From contig NC_045138.2 of NCBI RefSeq assembly GCF_008831285.2, forward strand, positions 11,346,001-11,410,000: a stretch of DNA of 64,000 nt, given 5' to 3'. Positions within the stretch are counted from its first letter, which is position 1. Each line of letters starts with the position of its first letter. The notes below the pieces were generated by a model that saw only the letters and a program-made list of their open reading frames with translations, had not been told where the DNA came from and searched no databases. This document shows, in pieces, positions 1 through 14,808 of the stretch. Source of the DNA: Nymphaea colorata (Eukaryota). The position numbers and the translations under genes are program-made.

Positions 1-998
1 CATTTTAAAAAAATATTGGCGGTGTGAAATATTGATAGTCATGCATCAACCAAAGTTCTAAAACTCTCATGCGATGATGAATGAGCTTCGAACTTGCAAG
101 AAAATGGATTAAATGCATAGAATCACAGTCATAATTCAACTTTGCTGATCGAGAAAGAATTGTTCAACATAAGGTAATTCAATTACAACCAGTCGACACT
201 CAATTGCAGTGCCAAATACATTGAGGCAATGAGAACTAAGCAAATGAAAGTTTTAATAAACTTTCAATACCATGATCTAGGAAATATTGAAGCACCAAAC
301 TAGGCCGCAGACCTGAAACATAAACAAATTAAACTTAAAGCACAATAACTTTAGAAAATCACAAGTAACAGATAAAAACACAACTCAACTATCAAAACAC
401 TAAACAAATTGTCGAAGTCTCATCACAGCTCCTTATCTTAATTTTAAGAAGACATAATGTTTAGACTCATGTACCAATAATTAACAGCGAAATGATGTTT
501 ACCTAATAATTCCAAGTCCTAGACAAGACTCAAAGCCAACTAATTAGAGTGAGCTACATCTCTAGTCTAAATGGCTGAAATAAAGAAAACCTAATGGAAG
601 GACATACATGCCCTTATGTTATGCAGTAGACTATTATAGACAAGAGTTTTGTAATTCGCTTGGGACAAAGGGCCAATGACGTCCAAATTTTGTGTAACCG
701 ATGAGTGAAAGCTGACATACTTGAGAAAACAGCCTTCCTACAGAGTTGAGAAATCAATTGTTTTTTTTTTAAATGTGATTATACTATATTAATTTATTGA
801 ATTTTTGTTTTGGTTGGGTCCTGGAATTTTATGAAAACAAAGGGAAACCTTTGTCGTAAGCAACTCAAATTATGGTTTGATAGAAATAAAGTGAAGTACC
901 GTTAAGAATATTTTGCGTACTGCGGTCTGTGAGTGAAATTAACATTACTTTCACTTATACAATGATTAGCACTCAATGCAAACATACTTAATCGCAAC

Positions 999-3900
999 TG
1001 TAACACCATAAAAGCATAAAACTGACATATCAAACTAAGCCTAATCTAACGTGACCCTATACAAACCTAAGGAATTAATTCGTAAAACCCTAATTCTTGC
1101 TCACAATGCATTTAAATGAATGAATGTCATGGAATGGATTAGTACGATCTTAAAATGATATCTATATGGTATAGAATGATATGAATACATGCTGGAGATA
1201 TGATGATATGATCTAACTATTTGATATCCTATACGATCTGACATAAATATGTAATCCACGTATATGAATGTATGAATGCTTATGCATTTGAATAATGAAT
1301 AATGATGGATGAGGATGACTGTAATCATGACATGCCATTCATGTCATGCATGGATAGATGTTGACATGAGGACATGACATGACAAAGTGTTGCATATATG
1401 ATATGTAGCCTGTATGGGTATAATATGTTATGCACATAAGATGTGGGATATGATTGTTTTTATGCATGTCACACGTGCATGATGTGCTACCATAGTTTAC
1501 ATGGAATGACATGGGACATGTGGCCTCGCACCTACATGACATGATAATGTTAAGGATGTGCATGAATGATATTATTATCCCTATCGACAATGCATTCTGA
1601 ACTCTTGATATATATTTGGACGCATGCATGTGATATTTACGCAAGTGTAGGATAAGAACAACATCATATCCACATTCTATTTCCAAAGAAGTAATATGTT
1701 TGGGGGGTTGAATGGTGGTACAGTAAGCCCACAATGTACCATGAATATTCTCATACTAATCTCATGCAATCTCCATATGACCTAGGTTTGCATGGCTACA
1801 TAGCTCAAACTATGACTATGACTGGACCTAGGAAACATCCTCTTCATCCTAATCTGAACCTAATTCTATTAAACCTAGCACTAAACACATTAAAGCTAGT
1901 CTAAAGCCAATTAGATCAAATTTTGATCAATTAGAGCCTACATTACCTAGGCTAAGTCCTAGCTAAACCAATTCAAACAACCTAAAATAGTTGAGCCCAG
2001 TCCTAATGCACCTATAGGTCAACTTTGTCCAAGCCTACCTAAGCTAAAGGGACCAGTTGGCTCACTTCAATTTCAGATTTATAATCCATATCTTCAATCT
2101 AAATTCCTACCAGGATCCAATCAACAATTCCCATCGATCTTTGAATTTTGACTGAAATCTGTAGTCCAAATCTTGGACCTATTATTCATCTTCTATTTTA
2201 GATTTGAGCCTTCATCTCATATCGAAATCCAAATTTCAATGTATTATTCAACATCCACTTTCTAGAATACTATTTGAATTAGCTTTTTTTGTTCATACTT
2301 ACAATCCAAACTTGGATCCCATATCCAATTTCTAGAAAATGTCCATATAGTTGAACTTGGCTTAATGTCCATCCTAATGGAAAATTCCCCCTTCTAAGAT
2401 CTTAGCCGAGGTTTTAGATTTAAAATCTATTTCTGGAACCTAGATTTAAAACATATTTGTTCTCACCATTTGTCTTTATAAACGATCCCCACCCTCAATC
2501 TTAAGGTTTATCCTAGATTTTCATATGCTTTAGAAAGCTGAAACCCTGTAGGGTCGTTTGGTAGTTGAAACATTCTATGAGTATTTCATGAATCTATCCT
2601 AATGTTTGAATCAGATTTATAGAACACTAAAACTAGGTGTCTATGAACTTACCCCAATCTTTAAGGCAGATTCATGAAACATACACAAAGTGCTTTGTTT
2701 ACCAAATGATCCCTAATAGACTCCTAAGGCTCCCCACCCTCCTCTTAATTAGAGACCCATAAATACCCTTCCTAGGTCTCAAGACGATGCACTTTGGAGG
2801 TAGCTAAGGAGAAACATGAAGGAGGAGGAGGAGAGCAAAGGAGTATCCATCCACAGTAAGAGTGCATCCTAGAGGAGTTTGATTCTCTCTCTCTCTCTCT
2901 CTGTTCCCACTCCCTTCTTTTGCTCTTTTTTCTTCTTCTTCTCTACATCCTCATCTTCTTTTATTTCTTCCTCTTCCTTCTTCATGCTCTTGAACCTCTA
3001 TTTGTTCTCCCTTTCATTTATTTTTCTTCTTTCATCATTTAGGCTGTTATTGTTTTGATCTTAAATTAATTCATGTTTAGCACCCCCACATTTTGGCCTC
3101 TTTAGTTATGTCATGCTTTTGCCCTAGTTGCTACATGTCTGGTCATTAATTGCTTTATAGTATGTTCAAATTTATTATTCAATGTTTGTCTTTACATGTT
3201 TGTTTAGTCTATGTTTTGCTCTATTGATGCATTAGTTGTGGCTTTGTTTCCTTGAACATATCATGCATGGTGTGTTGAAGTCATTCAATAAGGTAATGCC
3301 CATTTTTATTAGAAGATGGAGATACCTTAAAAGGGCCTATATCAAAGTTTGATTTCTCTTTACATTGCATAAGTGCATATGGGATCATCTTGTGTGATTT
3401 CTCCATTTATAATGTTTAGGATCTGTTTTGCCTTCATAATCATGACATTAGGGTTATAGGTGGCCTAGCATCTTAGGGTCCATCCTTTCCAAAAACAAGT
3501 TTTATATACAAGTAGTAGGTCCTAGTTTATGATGTGTTGCATCTAGTTTATTTCATTCTAAGTTTATTCATGCATATGCACGCAAATCATGCCCTATAGT
3601 CTTCACAAATGTATGTGCATGCACCTCCCAATAAGAAATTAATAAAAATAGATCTAACTCATACAATTGACTATAGACAAGTTATGAAAAGACCTATTTC
3701 ATCATAATATCTTAAGGAAACACACCTCTTTTCAAAATTTTAGAAGGTTAGAATTTCAAAATTTCCCAATTACTAAAAACCCTAGGACGTGGAAAACTAT
3801 TTTCAAAATCTAGATTGACCCGTATTGAAGTTCCAAGTCCAAAATGATTTTTCCTATCAACATAGTTCAAAAGGTTCTTCCCTCCTAGATGATTCTAAAA

Positions 3901-4568
3901 TAGAGTTTCCCACCTATATCTAATACAGTAAACTTTCTCTCCAAATATTATTTTGAATTGATATTGTCCCATAACCCAATTCAAATAATACTCCCTTTAA
4001 ATTCAGCATACATTTTCCCTCCAAGGTAAGGTTCAAACCTTAAAACCACAACCTCAGACTTAACCCTAGGATTGATCCCCTTTCAAACCATATTCAAACT
4101 CTAAACCTTAGCTTCCAAGATCAGCAATCCTGATTTCAAACCTCAAAACTCTAGTTTTCAAGGTTTCGTTTTTCAAAAGTCATGCATCATGTTGGCTTAC
4201 GTTGTAGTCATGTTTAGACCAGCTGACGAAAGAGATTTAAGACTAATTCATATATTCAAAACCTTGAAAATCCAACTTAGGGTTTTCAACAAGTATATTT
4301 TTCAAAACTTATAATATATGTGTTATGATTTCAAAAAACAAGCCATTTTCAAAGTCAAATCATGTTACCCTTGATAAAGGCATTATGAATGGTTAGATCT
4401 TGTACCAATAAGCGGGTTCCATTTTCCAAGTTTCCCGTGCTTTTCAAATTCAGATGTGAGTTTTAGAAACTTACTTTGCCCAAAAAATTTTACCCATAAA
4501 TAAACTAGTAACCATGTTGGGACACAACTTTCTCTTTTCTAAAAGAAGAATAAAATTTGGAACCAATA
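999..4568 (+). mobile_element. Degenerate long LTR (probable solo LTR), Ogre/Tat-like
   Basis: Starts TGTAACACC at 999. TATA-like ATAAATACCC at ~2759 is followed by CT-rich tracts. 4365-4425 resembles the U5 motif of the Ogre LTR (34562-34620), and AATAAAATTTGG near 4549-4560 resembles its terminus. No convincing 5-bp TSD; right boundary approximate. Confidence 0.4.
2551..2713. mobile_element. Tourist/PIF-Harbinger-like fold-back MITE
   Basis: Imperfect TIRs GGGTCGTTTGGTA / TACCAAATGATCCC, internal inverted TTTCATGAATCT / AGATTCATGAAA, flanks GTA / TAA. Confidence 0.55.
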
Positions 4569-7500
4569 ATTTTCGCCTATAGATACCATTATCATCTTTT
4601 CACACAAGCTGCAGTTGACACATTGACTGATTATTTGGGGGTTCAGCTTGCTAAGTTTAATGTGGTTTGGTAATTTTTTACATTAAGTTCACAAGGTCTA
4701 AGAAAAATGTGGGCTTGGGTGAGGGATGGGGTCCATGGCTGTCCATAGGTTGGATTTGGATGAGACACACAGGAACCCATGTCAAGTTAAACTTCATAAC
4801 TTCTCGCACATCTTGCTTTCACATTCTTTCATCCTATTCTTTTCTTTGGTAGAGCCCAAGTTGTAGGAAGTGGGACTTTCCATTCCCTCTCCACTTGTTG
4901 GGGTGAATAATGGATCATCTCCTTCGTTTTCTCTTACCAGCTATGAGGTAGAGCGGACATATATATATATATATATATAGTGTTTGATATAGACGATGAG
5001 GCCAATATAACATCAGTTATCATTTATGTTTCTGAAATGAGATGGAGACTAATAATTACAACATAAGTTCGGGCCAACTAGGCTTAGGAGTATGCTTGGT
5101 TCATTATTCTCTAAACAGGTAGAAGTGGATGTCCTATTTTATTCTTCTATATAAAGGTGAAACACGAAAAGCCTTCTCAACTAGCAAGCATATCCAGCAA
5201 TGGGGACAGAAATTTTTGCATGTAGCATATCTGAAGGGGCAAGACCACTGCTTTTTGAATTACTTTGCATGTCCATTGTCACATGCTCTACCCTTTTCTG
5301 TGGGAGTTTAGAAACAATAAATTTGAAATGCGCCCATAGTATTTTCTTTTTGTGTGTTCTAAGTCCAAATTTGGCATCAAAATGGCCTTAATTTTCGGTG
5401 CTTGATCAACAATCAAACATACTCTAATAGAACATGAACCTCAATTAGCTCCATTCCATGTATATGGCCACTAGCCCAAATCGTCTTCAGTAATTAGCAG
5501 CCCCAGTTGTTAAGATTGTATCATGATAATTGAGCACAAAAAGGGCACCCAACATTCAATAGCCTTGTGAGTTTAAATTTCTTTCATTTAAAAGTTTCGA
5601 ATTGAATGAAATTTTTAAGCTAAACTGCTTTTATCTAGAGTAGGCTACATGTTAGACTCCCTATGGGATTGTGTGTTAGGGGCCTTAGGGCGGGCTGGTG
5701 TCTACCCTATTTGATCTTGTGGTCACTATGGTCTTGTAGAAGCCGAAGTAGATATAGGCCTTTTAGGGGGAATACTAGCCTTGGAGTTTAATGCTGCTGG
5801 CAAGCAGCAAAGTCTCTTGACATAGATGCAGTCTATGCGAGAAGCAAAAAAAAAAAAATTGCAAAGTCATCTCTTTATGTTGATGCTAATTTTTACTGGA
5901 AAAGTGAATGAGATTATTGTCGAAACCAATTTATGGTCAACTTCTTAAATTGAGAAAAAAGATATGGGATTAGCATCTTAAATCTTAAAGTTAAAAAGCA
6001 TCCTTAAAATTTCAAACCTTCTATGTCTTAAGATGGCTTATTGATCTACATGTCAACGACTGAATCCAACTCACAATTGGGAAAACCAAAACCTCCAGCT
6101 GATCAAGGTGAGGATTTTCCAGTAACAACGTGTGCTGTGACTCTAAATCAATAGAAGTTTTGGTGTTGTTCCCCTCCAAGGATGTGTCAAGCTTCAATGT
6201 CTGACATGCCCTTGGTGAGTTGCATCTTTTCTCATCTTCACCTGGGCATCATTTAGTTGGCTGTTGTCCTTAACCCTACTCAACTTTAACACACTCCAAC
6301 TATATTAATGGACTACATGTCACTGTTACATGCATGTGCAACACTACCAATGACCACATGGATCTTGGCAGGTTTGCAGCCTTGCTGTTGGACATACATC
6401 AGGAACTGGTCCACGGGCTTTTAGACATTCACAATGTCAATTACAGCACTTTGTGACTTGACCTGCATTTTATTAAATTTCATCCACTCTATTATAACCA
6501 GATTCTCGTCAAATCAAGTAGTCACTGATAAAAGTAAGGCTTGCTTAATCTACAACCAGTGTGAATCTTTTGCTCACACTAATATAGTATATTGCATACT
6601 ACCTATTGTCCAAATCTGATAATCAGGAAGATCTGGTCTTGTATCCAATTCAAAATCTGAAGACAATCTCTCCGTACCTCTCAGCACTACAATTGTGGTG
6701 GAATCACTGCCTACGAGTTCATATTTGACCAAGGGCTTCCCGCAAACTATGGATTTTGAGCAAGGTTGTCGTTATTTCCCTTGCAGCAGAGCAACATGGG
6801 AATGCTGTTAACGGGAGCAGATTATACTCCGGCATTGGTGCTCAAACATGCAGTAAGAATATAGGGTAAAATTCATATAGATCCTGCTTCCATGGTCGTA
6901 CACTTGAGCTGAACTGTAAAACCCAAATTGCCATGGTGTGTTTCAAGATCAAGTTCTTGAACTAAAATGAATACTTCCTGCCAGCAATAGGAGTTGAAGT
7001 TCGTAAACTTGTTGTTGCTGATGCATATTGCAGTTTATTAAGGCCGGAAGAATCACTTTCTATTTTCGTTAAGAATGCCATGTTCGAAATTTTATCCTTT
7101 GCAGAGAGTTATTTAGCCTTTACTACGTTTATCACTATTGGTGCCATTAACCTTTCAAACGTTAGGCAATTGAAGTCCATAAATGGTTACGCTGATGGAT
7201 GATGCAACATTTTATGGCCTGAATGAATATTTCTGTTTATTTTAGTTAACACTGTTCGAAATTGGAATTTTTGCAAAAAGTTCATTAGCCCTCAATACAT
7301 TTATATGCATGCACTGAAAACGTCAAGCACATTGTTCATTGGTTTGATTGATTAAGTTTCCCGAACAATTGCAATGCATCATCAGTAGTGAAGTATCAAT
7401 TGCTGTTTTTTGTTTTCCAGGTTGGGACATATCCACTTCATCTATATTATCACCAAACATCCTAGTAACTAAAGCAAATCGGAATTTCATGTGTTCCATT

Positions 7501-7889
7501 AATATAACTGTCTGAACCATGATCTAAAGAGCGTTCAAAATGTTAATGGCACCAAATTATGTAAAACCATGTTTGAAAAACGGATCTTAGCTACAAAAGA
7601 AGGGTTTTGAAACTAGTTTTTATGCCAACACCAAGGTTTTTCATATAGTTGACGGTTTTTAGGTACAAGAATGAAACAAATCTTAGAACAAGGCAAAATG
7701 GATTTAAATTTGTCATCTGTTAGACAATCGTATCCACCATGAATGACATACCATACAACTGTGGCGTACAAAATACTCAAGAGTGATGGGCTCGTGAACC
7801 AAAATTATTGGTGTTTAATAATTCAGGTCAAGCGCTACTGGATGGATGAAGTAATCTTCACCAGGAGATCTAGCAGGCTGATTGTTGTA

Positions 7890-8146
7890 TCAGTCACTAG
7901 GAAAACCAAGAAATCGGGTTAGGATCTTTGCAACAGGGGTTGCATCTGCTGGTGGGTAAGGTATGATTGAATCAAGGTTCATGTTCACAAGAGTTGGGTA
8001 CAATGTTTGGGGACTGGCACAAAGGAGATGTTTTCTCTCTGCTAGTTCTTCAGCCAGCTCACACTGATGATTATCCATCAAGTCCTCATTCACAACTACA
8101 ATCAGAGGCTTACCCAAATGCAAGGTCTCAAATATGCTTCCTGATC
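7890..8146 (-). CDS. ALG13: UDP-N-acetylglucosamine transferase subunit ALG13, last coding exon
   Basis: Acceptor TTTGCAG|G at 8147-8148; encodes (G)SGSIFETLHLGKPLIVVVNEDLMDNHQCELAEELA...LGFPSD-stop (GT28 C-terminal motif). Phase matches the previous exon. Confidence 0.93.
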
Positions 8147-8490
8147 CTGCAAACAGCAGCCACAATCAAACTCTATAGTCGTTGGGGTATGTCCATTCCA
8201 ATTGCAAATACCCTTGTCCGAGCATTTAGCAAGTTAACACCTTAAACCTGTATTTCACCGCCACAAAAACATTGGTATCTGGTTAACTAACAACCAAGAT
8301 TTTAAGGTCGCCTTCTCTCTTTCATCTGTTTCAACATGGTTTCAGGTTTAGGAATTTACCATTTTTGGTGTGTGTATTAAAAGATCAGGCATGAATTCAT
8401 CTGCGTTCAACTTAAAATGCACATTTATTGAACATATTAAATTTGGGAAAACTTGTCAACTGCACACAATGAATGGTCAAGTATTAATAC

Positions 8491-8590
8491 CTGCATGACT
8501 GATAACAAGGGATGCTGACCTCAGATGATCTGCAATACTAGGTGAAAAGGTAAAATAGTCAACCACCAAAGAGCCATTCTCTCCTGCAGA
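8491..8590 (-). CDS. ALG13: ALG13 middle coding exon
   Basis: Acceptor GTGCAG| and donor |GTATTA; 100 nt encoding SAGENGSLVVDYFTFSPSIADHLRSASLVISHA(G), including the conserved VISHAG motif. Confidence 0.92.
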
Positions 8591-10025
8591 CTGCACAGAG
8601 AAGGTCACCATAAGAAGAGAGAGAAAGATATGTCCCACCATCAAGAAAATCAACATTGAGTATAACCAATATCTGGAAGACCATCAGATATGAATCCATA
8701 TCTAGATTTTAGTCTTAACTGACAACCAATATATACTATTGAGAAATGTATAACACATTTAGATGCTCAAAAGGACTTATTACGAAACTCAACCCTATCT
8801 GGTATATTGAAAACTTTTTTAGTGTGTGCCCCCTCATATTCTTTATGGAGGCATTGTTCATATTTTCGACATAGTTTAAGGCATAAACATTTCTTCAAGG
8901 AAAAGAAGGGGGTGCCCCAGCCAAAGTTAGAGTTGTCCTAGACTCATTTCAAGCAGATTGATACAGTAGGAGGTACTCACTTTTGCAAATCCAAGGCAAG
9001 CGTCATCATTTATGAAATTACAAACGGACTTCTCATGCACATCACCCCAAGTGACAGGCAACATATGAATAAAGTTTCCACACAAGCGGGCCAAGAGAAA
9101 AAGTAGAAGCATAAATACTGAACATGTAATTTTTGAATCTTGACCATCCCATGCCACTGGTCTGTACAAACAAAAGATCAGTACTCGCACAAAAAACATG
9201 CATCTGAATAAAACATCTCCAACGCTTTTACCGTCTTCTGCATCAAGTAGAGGGTCATCCATTTGTTTATGTTTTGTCCAATCTCTAGATTCTAACGTAC
9301 AATAGTTTAGGAAGGAAATGACGCATTACATCCCAAGCTTAACAGGAAAACATGAGAATTGATAATTCAAACTTCTCTTCGTAGGGCTAAAAGGTGTCAT
9401 AAATGCAAGGAGACAAGGAAGAAATTGGGCATTAGGAAGCAGGAAGCGATAAGAGTCAAACTTATTCTCATCATTCTAAACAAGATCAACAAACTTTGCT
9501 AGAAAAAAAAAAAATTCTAAACTAGTCACTTTTGCTAGCACAAATTTCTCCATCTAACTTTCCAAGAAATTTTTGTGCTGCTTTGCTTTGCACTATGCAA
9601 CCCAACTTTCTCAAAATTTTCCTTTTCTTATCCATTTTTCTCATGTCACACAGAACAAGAAAATCCTTTTCATTCAAGATACTCCTACTAAAATTTCTAC
9701 TGCACGGCATTTCTTTCCAAACAGATATTTGTTCTCTCTTCCATGCATTCCGTAACAACTGCTTTCCTTTTTATGACAATCGGAACAAACAACCCTTTGA
9801 CATGTGACAGCATTTGGATCTTCTTGTTTACCTGTTCTGTTCTGGTTGCCTTGTTCCATACAGTAAAAAGAAATCATTTTTACATATTACCATTTGCAAT
9901 GAAGAGTGACAAGAAATTTTGCCTACAAAATTGAATGTCAAAGCACAGAATAGCGCTTAAAAAGTTATTACCTACAAGCAGTAACTTTATCATGAACTCA
10001 ACCTAATGAAAGGAAGATTTAATAC

Positions 10026-10205
10026 CTTAGAAGGCCTAAATGATCCACGTCCAAGTTGAATAAGAAGATCTGTATAGCCTTTATTCAATAATATTGTCCT
10101 AACTTCTTCCGAGTCAACAGCTCTGACCAAAGCATCGAAACAAGTTGTTCCCACGGTGACAAAGACTATCTTTCTGACATTTCCATTCATGTCAATATCT
10201 CCCAT
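10026..10205 (-). CDS. ALG13: ALG13 first coding exon
   Basis: ATG at 10205; MGDIDMNGNVRKIVFVTVGTTCFDALV...LLIQLGRGSFRPSK then donor AAG|GTATTA. The three exons total 537 nt = 178 aa plus stop, with no frameshift. Confidence 0.92.
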
Positions 10206-13200
10206 TGCTTTAGAGCTATCCTTAACTTCAAATGCACAAGGCGATTGACAATGATAATATCTAAATCTGTCAATCTCTAAAAAATCCAGGTCCAAAGTAG
10301 ACACCTAAATCCTGTTATAAATATTTCAGAAAAGTAATGCAGACATTTCTCAGGAAAAAAAAACATGCTCAATTACATCATAGCATCTGATGTACTACAT
10401 ATGAATAAGTTTGCAGAGCCACATGAAAAAAGAAAGAAAAATGACACTCAAAGAAAATCAAGAGAGGATCAGAATCAGATAAGAAGTTAAAGCCACTCTC
10501 ACAGATATCACGAGATTTTTGAAAATCTTGCTATATTTACAAGAAAAACAAGTAAAATGAAAATATCGGGAAAATCCCACTAAATTTTGAAAATCCCAGC
10601 AAAAATGAATATCTGGCGATTTTTTTGTGATTTTTGACAATTGTTCGCTTTCTTATTATTTTCTCATTTGCTTAATTTGTTTAATCTAATTTTTAGGTTT
10701 TTTTATTTCCTTAAAATTTGCCAAGATTTTTCCCAAAACTTTCCAGAGAAAAACAAATTTGCTAAAAAGTACCCGAGAAATGCCTTGCTGATATTTTCCC
10801 GAGAACAATATTTATGGCAATGGTTAAAGTTATATCATGGCAGAAAACTTATCAAAGCCCCAAAAGCTCAATCTAGAAGAGCAAAACTATGTATTTTCAA
10901 TAGGGAAACCATGTTTCCATAAACAGGAAGTCCGCTTTCCAAAATATCAAAGTTCAGATTTTCCAAAAGATGGCAACACGTAGGGCCTGTTTCATTACAT
11001 TTTCCTGGATCCACTGTCCATGTTTTTGAAAAACTTAATTCATTTTCTTTACTGGAAAGGTGTTTGGAAAATCTCAGAATTTAAAAAAACAAGTTCAAAT
11101 ATTGTTTCCACTGACTGAATGGAATTCTGAAACCAGGAAATATATTTCCCTCTCTCCCCTCGCTATAGGGTGAAGTCAAAGTCAAACCACCATTTTATTT
11201 GCATTTCCTAATACACAATGATAGTATCAACGAAAGTATGAGATGCAAATCTCTAGGACAACCAGCAAAATAACTAGTCGATTCAAAATCAGAAATCTCA
11301 TTAGATGCACTTGGAAGAAAAAAAAAAAAGACTGAAACACCAAAATTAGCAAGACTAGTTAGAACCGAACACAAATCTCTCGCTTGAGAACCAAAAACAT
11401 TCACAAACAAGTTCTGAGCATATTCTGAAGATTATGAAAATTGAGCTCCAAGGAGTCTGTGGCCTCATTCCTGCTTAACAACCAATATACCATTCTCAAA
11501 AACCCATAACTTGAGGTTCTGTGCTTGTAATTCTGGTATAGCTGGAAGAGGGAAAACAATTCAAAATCCTAGTTTGGGCATGTATATGGTAGCCCAGAAT
11601 ATTAATTCCAGGAATCCTTTTCACCTGTTCGCTGCAACAGGGAAAATGTTAAAATGGACCAAAAAACTTACTGTTGGTTGTCCTGCAGTACCAACTGAGA
11701 TGTTCTTGTTAATGTGGCAAATAAGCAAAGACCTAAAATTTTCTACTTCTCACAAAACTGCAGATCTATAAGCACGAACTCTACAATAGTGAAGATTTGA
11801 ATGATTAAGCTTTAGCAAATCAACATCTAGGCAATAGTTTTAGCATATTGATTATGAATTGTTAACTACAATTTCCTTTTGGGATTATGGAAAGCCTTTT
11901 TGAAATGGAAACTGAGACAGGGCAACTTAAACTTGTACTGAAAAATTGTCCTCTTACAGCAAGGACTTGGTCCACCTGTGGTATCAGCAGATTGAGGTGG
12001 ATAAGAAAGCACAATGCATTGTGTACGAAGTTAGACCCCCTACATTGATGATTCCAGGGATCTAGTTCTGATAGTTCTTCCTTCTATCTCAGCAATCCAC
12101 ATGGGCATAATAATGAACCTCCCCAACATGGACCAGCATTGCAAACCGGCATTAATATTCCAAAAAGTTGGATGAAATGTCTAGACCTAAATTTGCCAAA
12201 AACAAAAGGCACATGTTTTCCTGTCAACATAGGAGAGCACAAACACCTTATAGAACATTCGCACCGTATCCATCAAATTGGTCGTGGTATGAAAAAACTG
12301 TTACACAGACCAAGTGAGTTGCTTAATGGAGGACAGCTATGATACACAGGTGCACTTGAGAAAGTGTCGTATTCGTGTCAACATGCTTACATGGACGGAT
12401 GCCTGTTTGGACATGGGCCTGATTCGTTGAACATCCTCAGTTACTGGGAATATATCTTTTGCCCGTTAAAGCATCATCTCTTTCACTCTCCCCTCCTGTC
12501 TGTCTCCATACCTGCAGGCCTCCATCGGCGAGGTACTCTCTCTCACTTTCTCTCTCTCTCGTGGCAACTAGGGATAAATGCATCACAACCAACTAAGCTG
12601 CAGTGCAAACAGATGTCAACAGGTAAAGGTCGCCTTTCTCTTTCAGTTATTGTTATCACATTTGCTAGGTTCTGTGTGAAATTTGACCTGTGATGTTTCT
12701 TTTCTTGCTTTTAAAATCCATAAGGACCCTGTACATGTAAGTTCTCCACTGCTGTTAAAGGCCATAGCATGACTTTCAGCAATTTCACGTGCTACCACTT
12801 CTTTCTTGTTCATGCATCTTAATATTGAGATTTCTGCCACTTGCATTAACAATCTATGAAGAAGAAGATCGTGTTAAACCTCAAATGCATACCTTTGTAT
12901 ACCCACGGCTGGAAAGAGTATCTCTTCAAAGTAGTGTTTCTAATTATTTATGGACAGCTACTGTCCTATCAGTACAAAGATGAAATAAAGAATTTTATAG
13001 CACAAAATTGAAACTCAACATGCCAACGATACGCGAGACTAGCATGCATACACGGAGGTCCTTAGAGGATCAACATATAAGGAACATATCTAGTCCGCAT
13101 GAAAAGTAGTATGCATTTTCTCTTTCTTATACAACTTTGGAATTTTCACAGATTTATACTATTGCCAGTTTCTTAATCATCATAAACAACACAACTTGAT

Positions 13201-14808
13201 ATCTACATTTTGTTTTAATACTTTTAGACTTTTAGTGATTGTTAGTTCTTGTAAATACGTAGTTTGTTTTTCTTTTTGTTGCAATTTCAATGCCCATTTT
13301 CTTTAACTGAAAACAAATCACCATGAAAAACAAGGGGCCTCCATTTTTGGGCAACCCACCCAAGCATATACCCACCAAGTTCTATCACCTTAGTCAGATT
13401 TTGTGCTTCCTGTACAACCCTCAATATCTGTTCAATTCTTTGAACATGATCCCATCAACATTCCCATACTTTCTTGACAAATTGGGCATTCCTTATCTAT
13501 AGAAGAGGTTTCCGCTCCTTGGAACCCCTACCAACCACAGTCTTATCAGCTGCATGCTCTGGTGATGACAAATTAGTAGTAGTATTAGTCAAGGAAGGCA
13601 CTTCCACTGAAACTCAAAAAAGGAAGAAAATTTACACACTAACTTCACAAATTCACCAAAAAGTTGGGGGCTTTGAATATGTATAAATGGGAATGGTCTG
13701 AAACAATAACATGAATTCAAAAACAGAAAGACAGAAAATCAGAAGTCAGAACTTGTTTTCAATCTCTCCAAAAAAGAAACAAGAATGCATTTGCATCTTT
13801 CTACCACAAATGAAACCAGAACCCTCAAATAGGAAAACGTAGGAAGCAACTGACAAAAGTTTCATAGAAGTACGTAGAACCAAAAAAAAGAGCATCACAG
13901 TAACAAAGTCGATAAATTTATGACAACAGTTATATCCAAATAACATAAAAACTTGACATTAAGAACATAGAAACAATGATGTCGATGCACTTGATTGGTT
14001 TTCGTTCCCACAATATTTTCTCTTTTCTATTGTCTTTGTATTAAGGCTTAACATGACGTTAGGTGGCCAAATGTGAAGTTCTAGTACTTGAGCATGCTCT
14101 TCTTGTAGCACTATTTGTAATGTGAGTGCTTATATATTTTTTAAAATTTGGACTTTTACCTGCATGAACTCTACGTATTGGAGTCGAACTGAAGTCGAAC
14201 ATGATTAGATTCAAGAAAATTGCTACCAGATGGTCCAGATCGAACCCCCAGTTGCCTGAGCTTTCCATGATACTTCCCTTGTTAGATTTACGCTCAGTTT
14301 TTGGGGCTCACTCTCATCCAAAAGGGAAAAAAGGAATGATACTTGGGAGACACGTATGTAACAATTTAGTATAAGAGTCAATTTAACCTCAAATCATAAT
14401 TTGAGTAAAATCAATAGGTTTTTAAAGTACTGTTGTAATGGCTATACACAGTACAACATGGTCTGGATCTGATGATCTACTCAGAAATATACTCTAGATG
14501 CATGAAACTAAAGCAAAATAGCAGAAAATAGCTGCTGGATGCAGCCAACACCCACCGTACAGCAAGGGAGCTGCAGGTGAAACTCCTAGACTCGTTTTGA
14601 CTGCAACACCAGCTAACGAAAATGCCCAAATATTTCAGCTAAAATGCAGAATGAACACACGATTTGGATGACCCAAACAATTTTTTATCAGAAATGCGCC
14701 TAAAGACATGGTTTCAAAATCGAAATCGAGAAACCGTAAGTTTATTTCGGACAACATGAAAAATACCTAATCAATGACATGAAATACGCAAAATCGTAAA
14801 TAACCTAC

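Noticed and set aside
698..718. Hammerhead-like CCGATGAGTGAAAG
   Set aside because: No stem II or flanking helices; core not intact.
1101..1734. His/Met/Ile-rich ORFs
   Set aside because: ATG/CAT-rich low-complexity LTR sequence.
6625..6810. Possible terminal exon on the plus strand (RSGLVSNSKSEDNL...WECC) or a papain-like fragment
   Set aside because: No recognisable domain or upstream exons; the similarity is too weak.
8927..9934. Several short ORFs inside ALG13 intron
   Set aside because: Intronic, no motifs, and ALG13 is complete without them.
10545..10825. Possible hAT-like MITE in the ALG13 upstream intron
   Set aside because: Subterminal-like motifs are present but no matching TIR pair or TSD could be fixed.
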